Source of the DNA: Synechococcus elongatus PCC 6301
GTDB taxonomy: Bacteria > Cyanobacteriota > Cyanobacteriia > Synechococcales > Synechococcaceae
Length of the DNA stretch: 32,000 bases
NCBI RefSeq assembly: GCF_000010065.1
Contig: NC_006576.1
Coordinates: 240,001-272,000, forward strand
Direction of reading: 5' to 3'
Positions 16,711-25,211 of the stretch are shown here, in pieces. Position 1 is the stretch's first letter, and the number at the start of each line of letters is the position of its first letter. The position numbers and the translations under genes were made by a program. The notes beneath the pieces are model-generated. The model was given only the letters and a program-made list of their open reading frames with translations. It was not told the origin of the DNA and made no database searches.

Positions 16711-17330
16711 CAGCGCACTCCTAGAAACTTGTGCGTCTGCAAACTGACGCGCCAGCGGGGATGTTGCCGCACGTAATTGACGACGCGATCGCAACTTTCG
16801 GGGCTATTCCACTCGGGCTGCAGGAGTTTCAGGGTCGTCTCCGGCACCGCGATCGCCTCTTGCTCAGCAAAATCGAAGTCGGCATCTGTCTGAATCACGA
16901 CTTTCAGTTCATTCGCCCAGTTGTAATTCGCCGCCACCACCGCTTTGAAAGGCTTGGGCGAGAGTGTCACCCAGTCGAAAGAGCCACTGGGAGAAGCACT
17001 GCCAGAAGTTTCCAAGTGGCAACGTAGACCCTGCGATCGCAGAGCATTCGTCAGCTCTGTCAGATCATGCAACAGCGGTTCCCCGCCGGTGATCACGACA
17101 AATTGGGGCTGAGCAGCAACTGCGGCTTCCACTAGATCGGCGATCGCAACTTCGGGATGGCGATCGCGCGGCCAAGACTGCTTGGTATCACACCAAGGGC
17201 AGCCGACATCACAGCCCGCGAGTCTAATGAAAAAAGCACTACAGCCCATCCAAGCGCCTTCCCCTTGCACCGAATGGAAGGTCTCGACGATCGGGAGTGT
17301 GGCAGCGGCGATCGAGGTCAGAGCGGACAT
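16710..17330 (-). CDS. queE: 7-carboxy-7-deazaguanine synthase (radical SAM)
   Basis: The 206-aa product has the radical-SAM cluster motif CDVGCPWC (CxxxCxxC), preceded by [10 protein letters not shown]. This is the QueE signature. Confidence 0.9.
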   Translation of the reverse strand: MSALTSIAAATLPIVETFHSVQGEGAWMGCSAFFIRLAGCDVGCPWCDTKQSWPRDRHPEVAIADLVEAAVAAQPQFVVITGGEPLLHDLTELTNALRSQGLRCHLETSGSASPSGSFDWVTLSPKPFKAVVAANYNWANELKVVIQTDADFDFAEQEAIAVPETTLKLLQPEWNSPESCDRVVNYVRQHPRWRVSLQTHKFLGVR

Positions 17331-17334
17331 GGGG

Positions 17335-17511
17335 TTAGGGGCGCAGACCCAGCCAAGTGATCAGGTCTTGGTGGGTAAAAAATTCCAGCAGCAGTAGAGC
17401 TACAAAGCCAACCATGGCAAAGCGGCCATTGATCCGCTCGGCATAGGCGCTCCAGCCGAAGGCCGGATCAGGTTCGGGCAGATTGTCGCGTTTGGCCGAA
17501 TTGCCAGACAT
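17335..17511 (-). CDS. hli: High-light-inducible protein (HLIP / one-helix CAB family), 58 aa
   Basis: This gene is below the track's apparent length cutoff, since no listed ORF is under 60 aa. My hand translation is MSGNSAKRDNLPEPDPAFGWSAYAERINGRFAMVGFVALLLLEFFTHQDLITWLGLRP*. It contains the chlorophyll-binding ExxNGRxAMxGF motif followed by a single TM helix. There is an in-frame TAG upstream of the ATG, and the stop lies 4 nt before the queE ATG. Confidence 0.85.
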   Translation of the reverse strand: MSGNSAKRDNLPEPDPAFGWSAYAERINGRFAMVGFVALLLLEFFTHQDLITWLGLRP

Positions 17512-17636
17512 GGGGAAACCGTTGAGCGTTATCTTTTTTCGAGTCTAACGGCTGGCGAGAAGCCGCGCTTTGGCGCAGCGATCGCGGACTTTTATCGCCG
17601 CTACTATCAAGCTGGTTGGGCGATCGCTCCCGTGGG

Positions 17637-18292
17637 TCAGACTGCTCTTGCCAGTACGGCGTAAAAGGGATCTTGTCCTAGCCCCAACCACTGCTGCCAG
17701 CCCAGAGCGGGTGAGACTTCTGCAATCACTTCCGGTTCACTAAATCCAGCCGTCTGCGAATGTAGTGCTGCACCAAAGCCAAACGCTGGGCATCACTGCC
17801 GTCGCGCCAAGCCGCGATCGCTTTGGAGTAGAAGAGGCGATTGGAGAAGCTGATAATTAGCTGCCCGCCCGGACGGAGGACACGTCTTACCTCTGCCAAC
17901 ACCTGTTCGGGCTGCTGCAGATACTGCACTGAGACTGCGATCAAGACAGCATCAAAGCTACTGTCCAGCTCGGGGAGTGCGGACTGTTGATTGAGGTTCT
18001 GAACAAACCAGCGATCGCAGCGGGGATTGCGGTCGAGTTCCTGGGCATTGAGACCGTGGCCAACCACCGTCGCGAAGAGCATTTCCTCCGGCAGATGCGA
18101 GACCCAACTACTCATCAGATCCAGCACCTGACTGTTGGGCTGCAGGCGTTCGCGATAGAGCTGCGTTAAGCGCTTCAGGAAGGCGTCATCCACGTGGGTG
18201 ACAAAGCGCGGCTGTTCGTAGAACAGGGCATCATCACTGCCATCGAGTTTGCTGCGCTGTTCGGCTGTCAGCCAAGGTCCAACAACAGCCAT
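17637..18292 (-). pseudogene. Class I SAM-dependent methyltransferase (Methyltransf_11-like) with an apparent 1-nt deletion near the 3' end
   Basis: The track ORF 17726..18292 ends ...LALVQHYIRRRLDLVNRK*. The -1 frame reads ...TAGFSEPEVIAEVSPALGWQQWLGLGQDPFYAVLARAV* with its stop at 17637-17639. That matches the GGF..P....SP....DP.Y.V C-terminus I recall for this family. The restored length would be about 218 aa. Confidence 0.65.
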
Positions 18293-18294
18293 CT

Positions 18295-19005
18295 TTAGCG
18301 GACGTACCAGTAGTAAGTCGCCATCGGAATCACAGTCGCCAGCACCAGCGATACGATCACCACAACCGTTGAGTTGCCACGGCTTTCTTCCGTTTCTTCA
18401 GCACTCGCGAAGGTGCCTTCAACCCGGGTGGTGTCAATCACGACGGGCGGGCCCGGATCCGGTTCGCCGGAAAGCACTGCCACGAGGCGATCGCTGGCAT
18501 CTAGAATTGCCTGATTGTACTTATTGCCCTGACGCAGCGGTACCTGCATCGTTTCGTCGATCACGCTGGTGGCAATCGCAGGGGTGAGCCGTTCAGCCGC
18601 CACCTCACCGACCCGGATGCCAATCGTGTTGGTAATCGTATCGAGGGCGATCAGCACCTGATTGGCCTGGGCTTCCGCATCGGGATACCAACGTTTGAAA
18701 AGTTGGTCGACAAAGCTATCGATCGTTTCGCCGTAGTCCAAGCGACGCAGGGTCACAAATCGCACCTCGATCCCAGTTTTCTGGGACAGTGGCTGCAGTT
18801 CACCCGTCAGCTGACTTTCATTGATTCGGCTCAAGGACTGGGCTTCATCGACAATCCAAGTGTTGCTACCCGCAGGGACCAAGGGTAAGTCCACCGCACC
18901 CGTTGCCCATGCCGGTGCCATGGGTAGAACCAAACCTGCGATCGCAATCGCAGTACAGAAGCACAGCTTGAGAAGCCTTGCGCAGCGAACCCAAAGTGAA
19001 GTCAT
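18295..19005 (-). CDS. psb32: TPM-domain protein, photosystem II repair protein Psb32 homologue
   Basis: It has a signal peptide or anchor, then ...IEVRFVTLRRLDYGETIDSFVDQLFKRWYP...NQVLIALDTITN...PLRQGNKYNQAILDASDRLVAVLSGEPDPGPP, then a C-terminal TM helix. This matches the Sll1390/TLP18.3 family. Its stop is 2 nt before the methyltransferase start. Confidence 0.75.
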   Translation of the reverse strand: MTSLWVRCARLLKLCFCTAIAIAGLVLPMAPAWATGAVDLPLVPAGSNTWIVDEAQSLSRINESQLTGELQPLSQKTGIEVRFVTLRRLDYGETIDSFVDQLFKRWYPDAEAQANQVLIALDTITNTIGIRVGEVAAERLTPAIATSVIDETMQVPLRQGNKYNQAILDASDRLVAVLSGEPDPGPPVVIDTTRVEGTFASAEETEESRGNSTVVVIVSLVLATVIPMATYYWYVR

Positions 19006-19240
19006 AGCAGCGGACAGTCAGTAGCCGCTTTTTATCGTGACATACCGCTGTCGATTGCTTGAGGCAGCGACTGTGCCGCTGGAATTTTTGGGAAGGAGCC
19101 GCGATCGCCTTAATTCGATTTGGTCTGAGTGGTGACAGATCGGGTGGATAGCTGCAATCACGGGCTACCCCTAACAGGCGCAGTCCAGCCGTTATTGGCG
19201 ATCCCTACATACGACTCTGGCTTGGATAGGGCACTTCGAA

Positions 19241-19639
19241 TTAGTGGGTCGACTCAGCCTGCGCGCCTTGAGTTTGCTGTTCTAGCCTCTGCTCCATCTC
19301 CATTTCCCGTGCCAGAAAAAAATTGAGAAAGGTTCGGATCAGTGCTACCGCCCCCAGTTGAAGCAGCGATCGTGTGCTGGGCGATGTGGTGGTCGCCACA
19401 ATATCGGCGCCGAGTTGAAACTCCAAGGCCAAGGAAAGCCAGCCGCCAAAAGTCAGGCGAATCCTGGTGAATGGGGGTTCATTACGCCAAAACTGTCTGC
19501 GGAGCAGACCGCTAAGCCGGAGCGTTGACAGCAGTCCAGCCACCACACAAAGCACAGACAGGCTCTCGAGGCAGAGGCGAATGCCCATTGCCAAGACAGC
19601 AAGGCCATATTCAAAAGGGGCAAGCTCGGGCATGTTCAA
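19241..19639 (-). CDS. DUF1622-like small membrane protein
   Basis: The 132-aa product has hydrophobic helices and a ...FGGWLSLALEFQLGADIVATT... segment that recalls DUF1622. The assignment is from memory. Confidence 0.6.
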   Translation of the reverse strand: MNMPELAPFEYGLAVLAMGIRLCLESLSVLCVVAGLLSTLRLSGLLRRQFWRNEPPFTRIRLTFGGWLSLALEFQLGADIVATTTSPSTRSLLQLGAVALIRTFLNFFLAREMEMEQRLEQQTQGAQAESTH

Positions 19640-19698
19640 GCTCCTGTTGTTGCGATCGCACGATAAGGCAACTCTCAGAAGCTGTCTGGCCCCACCCT

Positions 19699-19992
19699 CT
19701 ACTGACCTCTAATCAGGCTAGAGATACAACTCAGCGAGGCACGGTTGGCAAAATCCTGTTGGAGCTTCTGGTTGTTCTCCAAGCGGACTAAGTAGGCATT
19801 GCCACGAGTCTTAAGCTCGTTCAGCATGCACTGACAAATCGGTTTGGCAAACTGCGATGGTGCCCCTCTGGTTTTGGCAGTTTCTTGGCAAACCTGCAGG
19901 AAGTTGGCCTGCTTATCGGCTGGGATGTCGTCTTGGGCGGTCACTGGAGCAGCGAACCCAAGGGCGATCGCAACAATTGGCAGCAGTTTCAT
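19699..19992 (-). CDS. Small secreted hypothetical protein (97 aa, four Cys)
   Basis: It has a clear signal peptide, MKLLPIVAIALGFAAPVTA|QD. The mature part has a CQ...CQC...C pattern. I recognise no family. Confidence 0.55.
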   Translation of the reverse strand: MKLLPIVAIALGFAAPVTAQDDIPADKQANFLQVCQETAKTRGAPSQFAKPICQCMLNELKTRGNAYLVRLENNQKLQQDFANRASLSCISSLIRGQ

Positions 19993-20106
19993 CGAGTCTT
20001 CCAGAAGGCAAAAGTCGGACAGTAGACAACCGGCCGCATAGTCCTAAGCTGGCCGAGTGTTTATTGGGAGCACTAGACGCTTAAGGCTCTTTTTTGGTTT
20101 CTGAAT

Positions 20107-23100
20107 TTAGGCTGCGATCGCGACTTCTGACAAGCTTCCTTGGAGAGGAGTCAGCCAGGTGATCAAATTTTCCACCTGTTGATCGGCGCTCTGCAGTCCC
20201 AAACCTCGTACCGTCACTCGCCCAGCCGCATAGACAAATCGCCCTTGCAGATTGCTAGGAAGCTTTTCGTGAAGCCGCTTCCAAGCGGGGGCTTCCATCG
20301 GCGTCTCCAGAATGACGTGCTGTTTCGACTCGGTTCGAGTGCGCGCAAAGCCAAGGGATTTAGCGACTTGTTTAAGTTCCATCACCCGCAGCAGTTGCTG
20401 CGCTGAGGCGGGCAGTGAGCCGTAGCGATCGCTCCAATCCGCAGCAATTTGCAGCAGATCTGCCGGTGTTTGCGCCGAAGCCACAGCGCGATAGGCGCTC
20501 ATCTTGGCATCGATGTCGGGGATGTAATCAGCCGGAATGAAGGCCGTCAGGCTGAGGTCGATCTGGGTGTCATCGACCTGGGGAATATCCTGACCGCGAA
20601 TTTCTTGGAGGGATTCCTGCAGCATCTCCATATAGAGGTCAAAGCCGATCGCTTCCATCTGTCCCGACTGTTCCACGCCGAGCAGATTACCGACGCCCCG
20701 AATTTCCAAGTCGCGCATGGCAAGTTGATAGCCGGAACCGAGTTGCGTGAACTCCTGAATCGCTCGCAGTCGCTGCCGTGCCTGATCGGACAGCACCGTC
20801 TCGCCAGGGTAGAACAACCACGCATGGGCTTGGATCCCAGCCCGCCCGACACGCCCCCGCAACTGATAGAGCTGCGACAGGCCAAAGCGCTGGGCGTCCT
20901 CAATCAAGATTGTGTTGACGCGGGGAATATCCAAGCCGGACTCGATGATTGTGGTGCAGATCATCACATCAGCTTCGTTGTTGTTGAAGGCCAGCATGGT
21001 TGCCTCTAGTTCGCCTTCCGGCATCTGACCGTGGGCGACAGCAATGCGTAAGCTCGGCAGCATTTCCTGCAACCGCGTCGCGATCGCTTCAATCCCCTCC
21101 ACGCGAGGCACGACATAAAAGACCTGGCCACCGCGATCAATTTCTTGCGAAATCGCTGTTCGCACTGCCTCCAAGTCGTAGGGCATCAGGTGCGTCTTAA
21201 TTGGGCGACGGGAAGGCGGCGGCGTGGTGATCAAACTCATTTCCCGCACGCCGGAAAGCGCCATATACAAAGTGCGGGGAATCGGTGTGGCACTCAGGGT
21301 TAGGACATCGACTTGGGTTTTGAGCGCCTTGATTTTTTCCTTCTGGTTGACCCCAAAGCGCTGCTCTTCATCGACGACTAGCAAGCCGAGATCACGGAAT
21401 TGCGTACCTTTGCTCAGTAGCTGTTGGGTACCAACCACCACATCCAGTTCGCCAGTCGCCAGCCGTTGCTGAATGTTTTGGCGCTCACTGGCCGTCCGAA
21501 ATCGGTTGAGCAAACCGATCTGAATCGGGTAGGGTGCGAAGCGTTCCTTGAGGGTGTGGTAATGCTGCTGGGTCAGAATCGTGGTTGGGGCCAATAGAGC
21601 AACCTGTTTACCCGCCGTCACCGCCTTGAAGATGGCGCGAACGGCCACCTCTGTTTTGCCAAAACCAACGTCGCCGCAGACCAAGCGATCCATGGGTTGC
21701 GGACTTTCCATATCGCGCTTAACTGCTTCGACAGCCTTGAGTTGATCGGCGGTGGGTTGGTAGGGAAAGGACTCTTCCAGCTCCTGCTGCCAAGGCTGAT
21801 CCGGTGGGTAGGCGTGGCCCTCTTGCTGCGATCGCTGGGCGTAGAGCTTGAGCAGATCGACGGCGACCTTACGGACGGCTTTGCGGGCCTTGGCCTTGGT
21901 TTTCTCCCAAGCCTTGCTAGTCATGCTGCTCAGCTCGGGACGTTCACCGCCCATACCGCGATAGCGACTGAGGCTACCCATCTGATCGGCAGCCACCCGC
22001 AGCAGGCCATCGGCATACTGCAGTACCAGATACTCGCGCATTTCGCCACTGAGGCTGAGGCTTTCTAGTTTGACGAAGCGCCCAATGCCGTGACTGCGAT
22101 GCACCACGTAGTCGCCGGGTTTGAGGCGATCGCGATCGACTTGTTTGGAGGCCGCCCGCCGCCGCTTGCGCACGTAGGTTGGTGAGGCGAGGACGTGCTG
22201 ACCAAAGCACTCGCGATCGGTGATTAAGGTCAGCCGAAACGTCGGCAGACTGAAACCTTCTAGCTCCGCTAACCCCGAATGCTTGAGGGCGATCGGGACA
22301 CGCTTTTCACTGAGGCGATCGATCGCGGGATAGTCGCGGGGATTTGGAATAAATTGCGACGGACAGTCGTGCTCCTGCAGCAGCGCCACCATCCGCGAGG
22401 GTTGAGCTGAGACGAGCCAAATGCTGTGACGATCGCGTTCAGTCCGAATGAAGTCCGCCAGCTTGCCAAATTGGTGGGGCAGAACGGGGAGCGATCGCGC
22501 CGCTAAATCCAGTACCGGCAACTCGCTGTCACTGCTGCTATTGAGTTGTGAAAGTTCAATGCGCTGGAAGCAACGGATTTCTTCCCAAGCAGCTTGAAAG
22601 TCGCGGTGGATGGCGGGCCAAACCTGTGCTTGTTCCTGCCAGTGATCCTGAACGTGCTCAATCCAGCGATCGCTGTGGGCGCGACACTGCAACGGTTCAT
22701 CGATCGCGATCACGGTGCCCGCTGGTAAATAGTCCAGCAGGGAAGCCGATCGCTCAAAGGCTACGCCCAAAAAGCGGCGCATTCCTTCCGGTGGCTGCCC
22801 TTCCTGCCAGGCTTCCTGTTCCGCTTCCGTCAGCCAGTCATCGAGGGAGCGATCGGCGAGCGCCGCTGCGATGACTGAGGCGTAGCTGGTGGGGGTTAAG
22901 CGTAGGACCTCAATTTCATCGAGCGATCGCTGGGTTGCGGGATCAAACTCCCGTAGTCGCTCCAGCTCATCGCCAAATAATTCCAGCCGCACCGGCAGCT
23001 CGGCCGAGACGGGGAAAAGGTCGATAATGTCGCCGCGCCGACTCCACTGCCCCTCCGTCTCAACGGTATCGACGCGCTCGTAGCCAAACTGCGCGAAGCG

Positions 23101-23568
23101 ATCGGCCAGCTCACCGAGGTTGACCTCCTGTCCGCGCTGCAGGGTTTGGCAAAAGGGGCGCAAGGCTTCGACAGGCGGCAAATGGGGTTGTAGCGATCGC
23201 TCGGTCGCCACGATCGCTACTGGCTGACTCTGTTCCAGCAGATCGGCAAGGACTTGCAACTGCCCCCAAACCAGCTCTGATTCGGGATCAAAGGCTTCGT
23301 AGGGCGAGGATTCTGAGGTCGGGTAAAAATGCAGCGTCGGCCAGCCCATGCCTTCCAGCTGCGCAGCCCAGCGACCGGCTTCTTCGAGGGTGGCGCAAAT
23401 CACCAGTAGCGATCGCGACTGGGCTTGGACAAGGGCTGAGGTCACCAACCCCTGCGCTAAGCGACCGGCTCCAATCAGCCGCAGGCCCGATTGCTTCTCT
23501 AACTTCGTCAGCAGGTCTTGGCTGAGGGGCGATCGCGCCAAGGTGCGAATCAGTGCTGAAAAAGTCAT
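20107..23568 (-). CDS. mfd: Transcription-repair coupling factor
   Basis: The 1,153-aa product has Walker [12 protein letters not shown], a DEEQRFG box and [10 protein letters not shown]. It also has a CarD-like RNAP-interaction segment ([14 protein letters not shown]) and the overall Mfd domain order. Confidence 0.95.
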   Translation of the reverse strand: MTFSALIRTLARSPLSQDLLTKLEKQSGLRLIGAGRLAQGLVTSALVQAQSRSLLVICATLEEAGRWAAQLEGMGWPTLHFYPTSESSPYEAFDPESELVWGQLQVLADLLEQSQPVAIVATERSLQPHLPPVEALRPFCQTLQRGQEVNLGELADRFAQFGYERVDTVETEGQWSRRGDIIDLFPVSAELPVRLELFGDELERLREFDPATQRSLDEIEVLRLTPTSYASVIAAALADRSLDDWLTEAEQEAWQEGQPPEGMRRFLGVAFERSASLLDYLPAGTVIAIDEPLQCRAHSDRWIEHVQDHWQEQAQVWPAIHRDFQAAWEEIRCFQRIELSQLNSSSDSELPVLDLAARSLPVLPHQFGKLADFIRTERDRHSIWLVSAQPSRMVALLQEHDCPSQFIPNPRDYPAIDRLSEKRVPIALKHSGLAELEGFSLPTFRLTLITDRECFGQHVLASPTYVRKRRRAASKQVDRDRLKPGDYVVHRSHGIGRFVKLESLSLSGEMREYLVLQYADGLLRVAADQMGSLSRYRGMGGERPELSSMTSKAWEKTKAKARKAVRKVAVDLLKLYAQRSQQEGHAYPPDQPWQQELEESFPYQPTADQLKAVEAVKRDMESPQPMDRLVCGDVGFGKTEVAVRAIFKAVTAGKQVALLAPTTILTQQHYHTLKERFAPYPIQIGLLNRFRTASERQNIQQRLATGELDVVVGTQQLLSKGTQFRDLGLLVVDEEQRFGVNQKEKIKALKTQVDVLTLSATPIPRTLYMALSGVREMSLITTPPPSRRPIKTHLMPYDLEAVRTAISQEIDRGGQVFYVVPRVEGIEAIATRLQEMLPSLRIAVAHGQMPEGELEATMLAFNNNEADVMICTTIIESGLDIPRVNTILIEDAQRFGLSQLYQLRGRVGRAGIQAHAWLFYPGETVLSDQARQRLRAIQEFTQLGSGYQLAMRDLEIRGVGNLLGVEQSGQMEAIGFDLYMEMLQESLQEIRGQDIPQVDDTQIDLSLTAFIPADYIPDIDAKMSAYRAVASAQTPADLLQIAADWSDRYGSLPASAQQLLRVMELKQVAKSLGFARTRTESKQHVILETPMEAPAWKRLHEKLPSNLQGRFVYAAGRVTVRGLGLQSADQQVENLITWLTPLQGSLSEVAIAA

Positions 23569-23648
23569 GGATAGATGACCGGTGCGTCAGAGATGAAGTC
23601 AAAGAAGAATTTGTCGATCCATTGTGCCGTTTGGGCGATCGCTGGAAA

Positions 23649-25013
23649 TCAACCCGTAGGCGCATGACTGCCCGCTAAGTTGCGAAAGCGCGTAAATTGC
23701 GGCTCGAATAGCAGCTTGACGGTTCCGACTGGTCCATTCCGATGTTTGGCGACAATAATTTCCGTGATCCCGCGATCGGGCGTATCGGGATTGTAGTACT
23801 CATCCCGATAAATCATCATTACTAAATCAGCATCTTGCTCAATCGAGCCACTTTCCCGCAAGTCGGACATCATCGGTCGTTTGTTCGTCCGTGATTCCAC
23901 ACCCCGACTGAGCTGTGAGAGGGCAATCACGGGTACATTTAATTCACGAGCTAAACCTTTGAGCGATCGCGTAATTTTAGAAATTTCCTGAACCCGATTA
24001 TCACTGGAGCTACCTTCCATCAGCTGCAAATAGTCAATCAAAATGAGCCCCAGTTGCCCACCCTGCTCAGACATCAATCGTCGAGCTTTCGATCGCATTT
24101 CTGAGACAGTCAACCCCGGCGTGTCATCAATAAAAACAGGCAATTGGGAAAGCTGCATAATGCCTTTACCCAGCATCTCCCACTCGTGATCGCCAATCCG
24201 GCCCGATCGCAGGCGGCTACTCTCAATCCCAATCTCCATTGACAACAGGCGGTAGATCAGCTGCTCTTTTGACATCTCCAAACTGAACACACAAACAGGC
24301 AGTTTGTGAGCAACCGTAATGTTGCGAGCAATATTGAGAACGATACTGGTTTTACCCATGGCGGGACGACCCGCAACAATGATCAAATCCGATCGCTGAA
24401 AGCCTTGGGTCATGGCATCCAGATCGTAGTAATTACAGGAGATACCCGAGAGTGCAGTTCCCATGGAACGGCTCTCAATTTCTGCAAAGGTGCTGGTAAG
24501 AATCTCGGCTGCTGGCAACAAGCCCATGGTTGGGCGTTCTTGAGTAATCCCAAAGACTTTTTGTTCAGCCTGATCGAGCACTGCTTCTAGCGGTTTAGTC
24601 GTGTCATAGCCCAGTTGAATGACGGAATTACCGGCTTGAATCAGTTGCCGCCGCAGAAACTTATCGATGACTAACTGAGCGTATTGCTCGACGTTAGCCG
24701 TCGTCACTACGCGATCGACCAGCTTCGCCAGCCGAGATTGACCGCCGACCTTGTCGAGCTGACCGGCATCTTGGAGGGAGGTGGTCAGACTGGTCAGATC
24801 GGTCGGCTGGCCTTGGCTATGCAGCTGGACAGCAGCGCGATAGATGTCGCGGTGGTTGGAGTTGTAAAAGGCTTCGGGTGAGAGTACATCGGCAATCCGC
24901 CCGATCGCCTCGGGATCGAGCAGGATACTCCCGAGAATCGCTTCCTCAGCTTCGACGTTTTGGGGCGGCTCATGGCGATCGGGAAGGATGTCGAAGCGAA
25001 GTTCCTGCACCAT
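23649..25013 (-). CDS. dnaB: Replicative DNA helicase DnaB (no intein)
   Basis: The 454-aa product has an N-terminal PPQNVEAEEAILGSILLD, Walker A AGRPAMGKTS and ...LILIDYLQLM.... The sequence is contiguous with no intein insertion. Confidence 0.95.
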   Translation of the reverse strand: MVQELRFDILPDRHEPPQNVEAEEAILGSILLDPEAIGRIADVLSPEAFYNSNHRDIYRAAVQLHSQGQPTDLTSLTTSLQDAGQLDKVGGQSRLAKLVDRVVTTANVEQYAQLVIDKFLRRQLIQAGNSVIQLGYDTTKPLEAVLDQAEQKVFGITQERPTMGLLPAAEILTSTFAEIESRSMGTALSGISCNYYDLDAMTQGFQRSDLIIVAGRPAMGKTSIVLNIARNITVAHKLPVCVFSLEMSKEQLIYRLLSMEIGIESSRLRSGRIGDHEWEMLGKGIMQLSQLPVFIDDTPGLTVSEMRSKARRLMSEQGGQLGLILIDYLQLMEGSSSDNRVQEISKITRSLKGLARELNVPVIALSQLSRGVESRTNKRPMMSDLRESGSIEQDADLVMMIYRDEYYNPDTPDRGITEIIVAKHRNGPVGTVKLLFEPQFTRFRNLAGSHAPTG

Positions 25014-25211
25014 GGACGGTCTCAGCAGACGAGTTTATCGATCGTGACATACTCCCACCTCACAGCAGCGGAATCGGTCGCCGCAAGCACCTCGCTCACT
25101 GCCGATCGCCCTAGCTCAGAGGAGTCGACCTCCCAATCCTGCGATCGCAGTCCCTGAGAGAGGGCGATCTAACTGCCTGGGCTTCTGACATCCTTCGGTC
25201 CGCCAGAGTCT

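Noticed and set aside
17331-17636. A preQ1 or other riboswitch upstream of queE/queC.
   Set aside because: queE starts 4 nt after the hli stop, so there is no leader. The 125-nt region upstream of hli shows no preQ1-like motif that I can recognise.
19129-19326. A 65-aa plus-strand ORF in the psb32/DUF1622 spacer.
   Set aside because: Its 3' third overlaps the 3' end of the DUF1622-like gene antisense. It has no recognisable motif or ribosome-binding site, and its composition looks non-coding.
23649-25013. A possible intein in dnaB, which is common in cyanobacteria.
   Set aside because: The 454-aa product is colinear with intein-less DnaB and has no insertion after the Walker A region.
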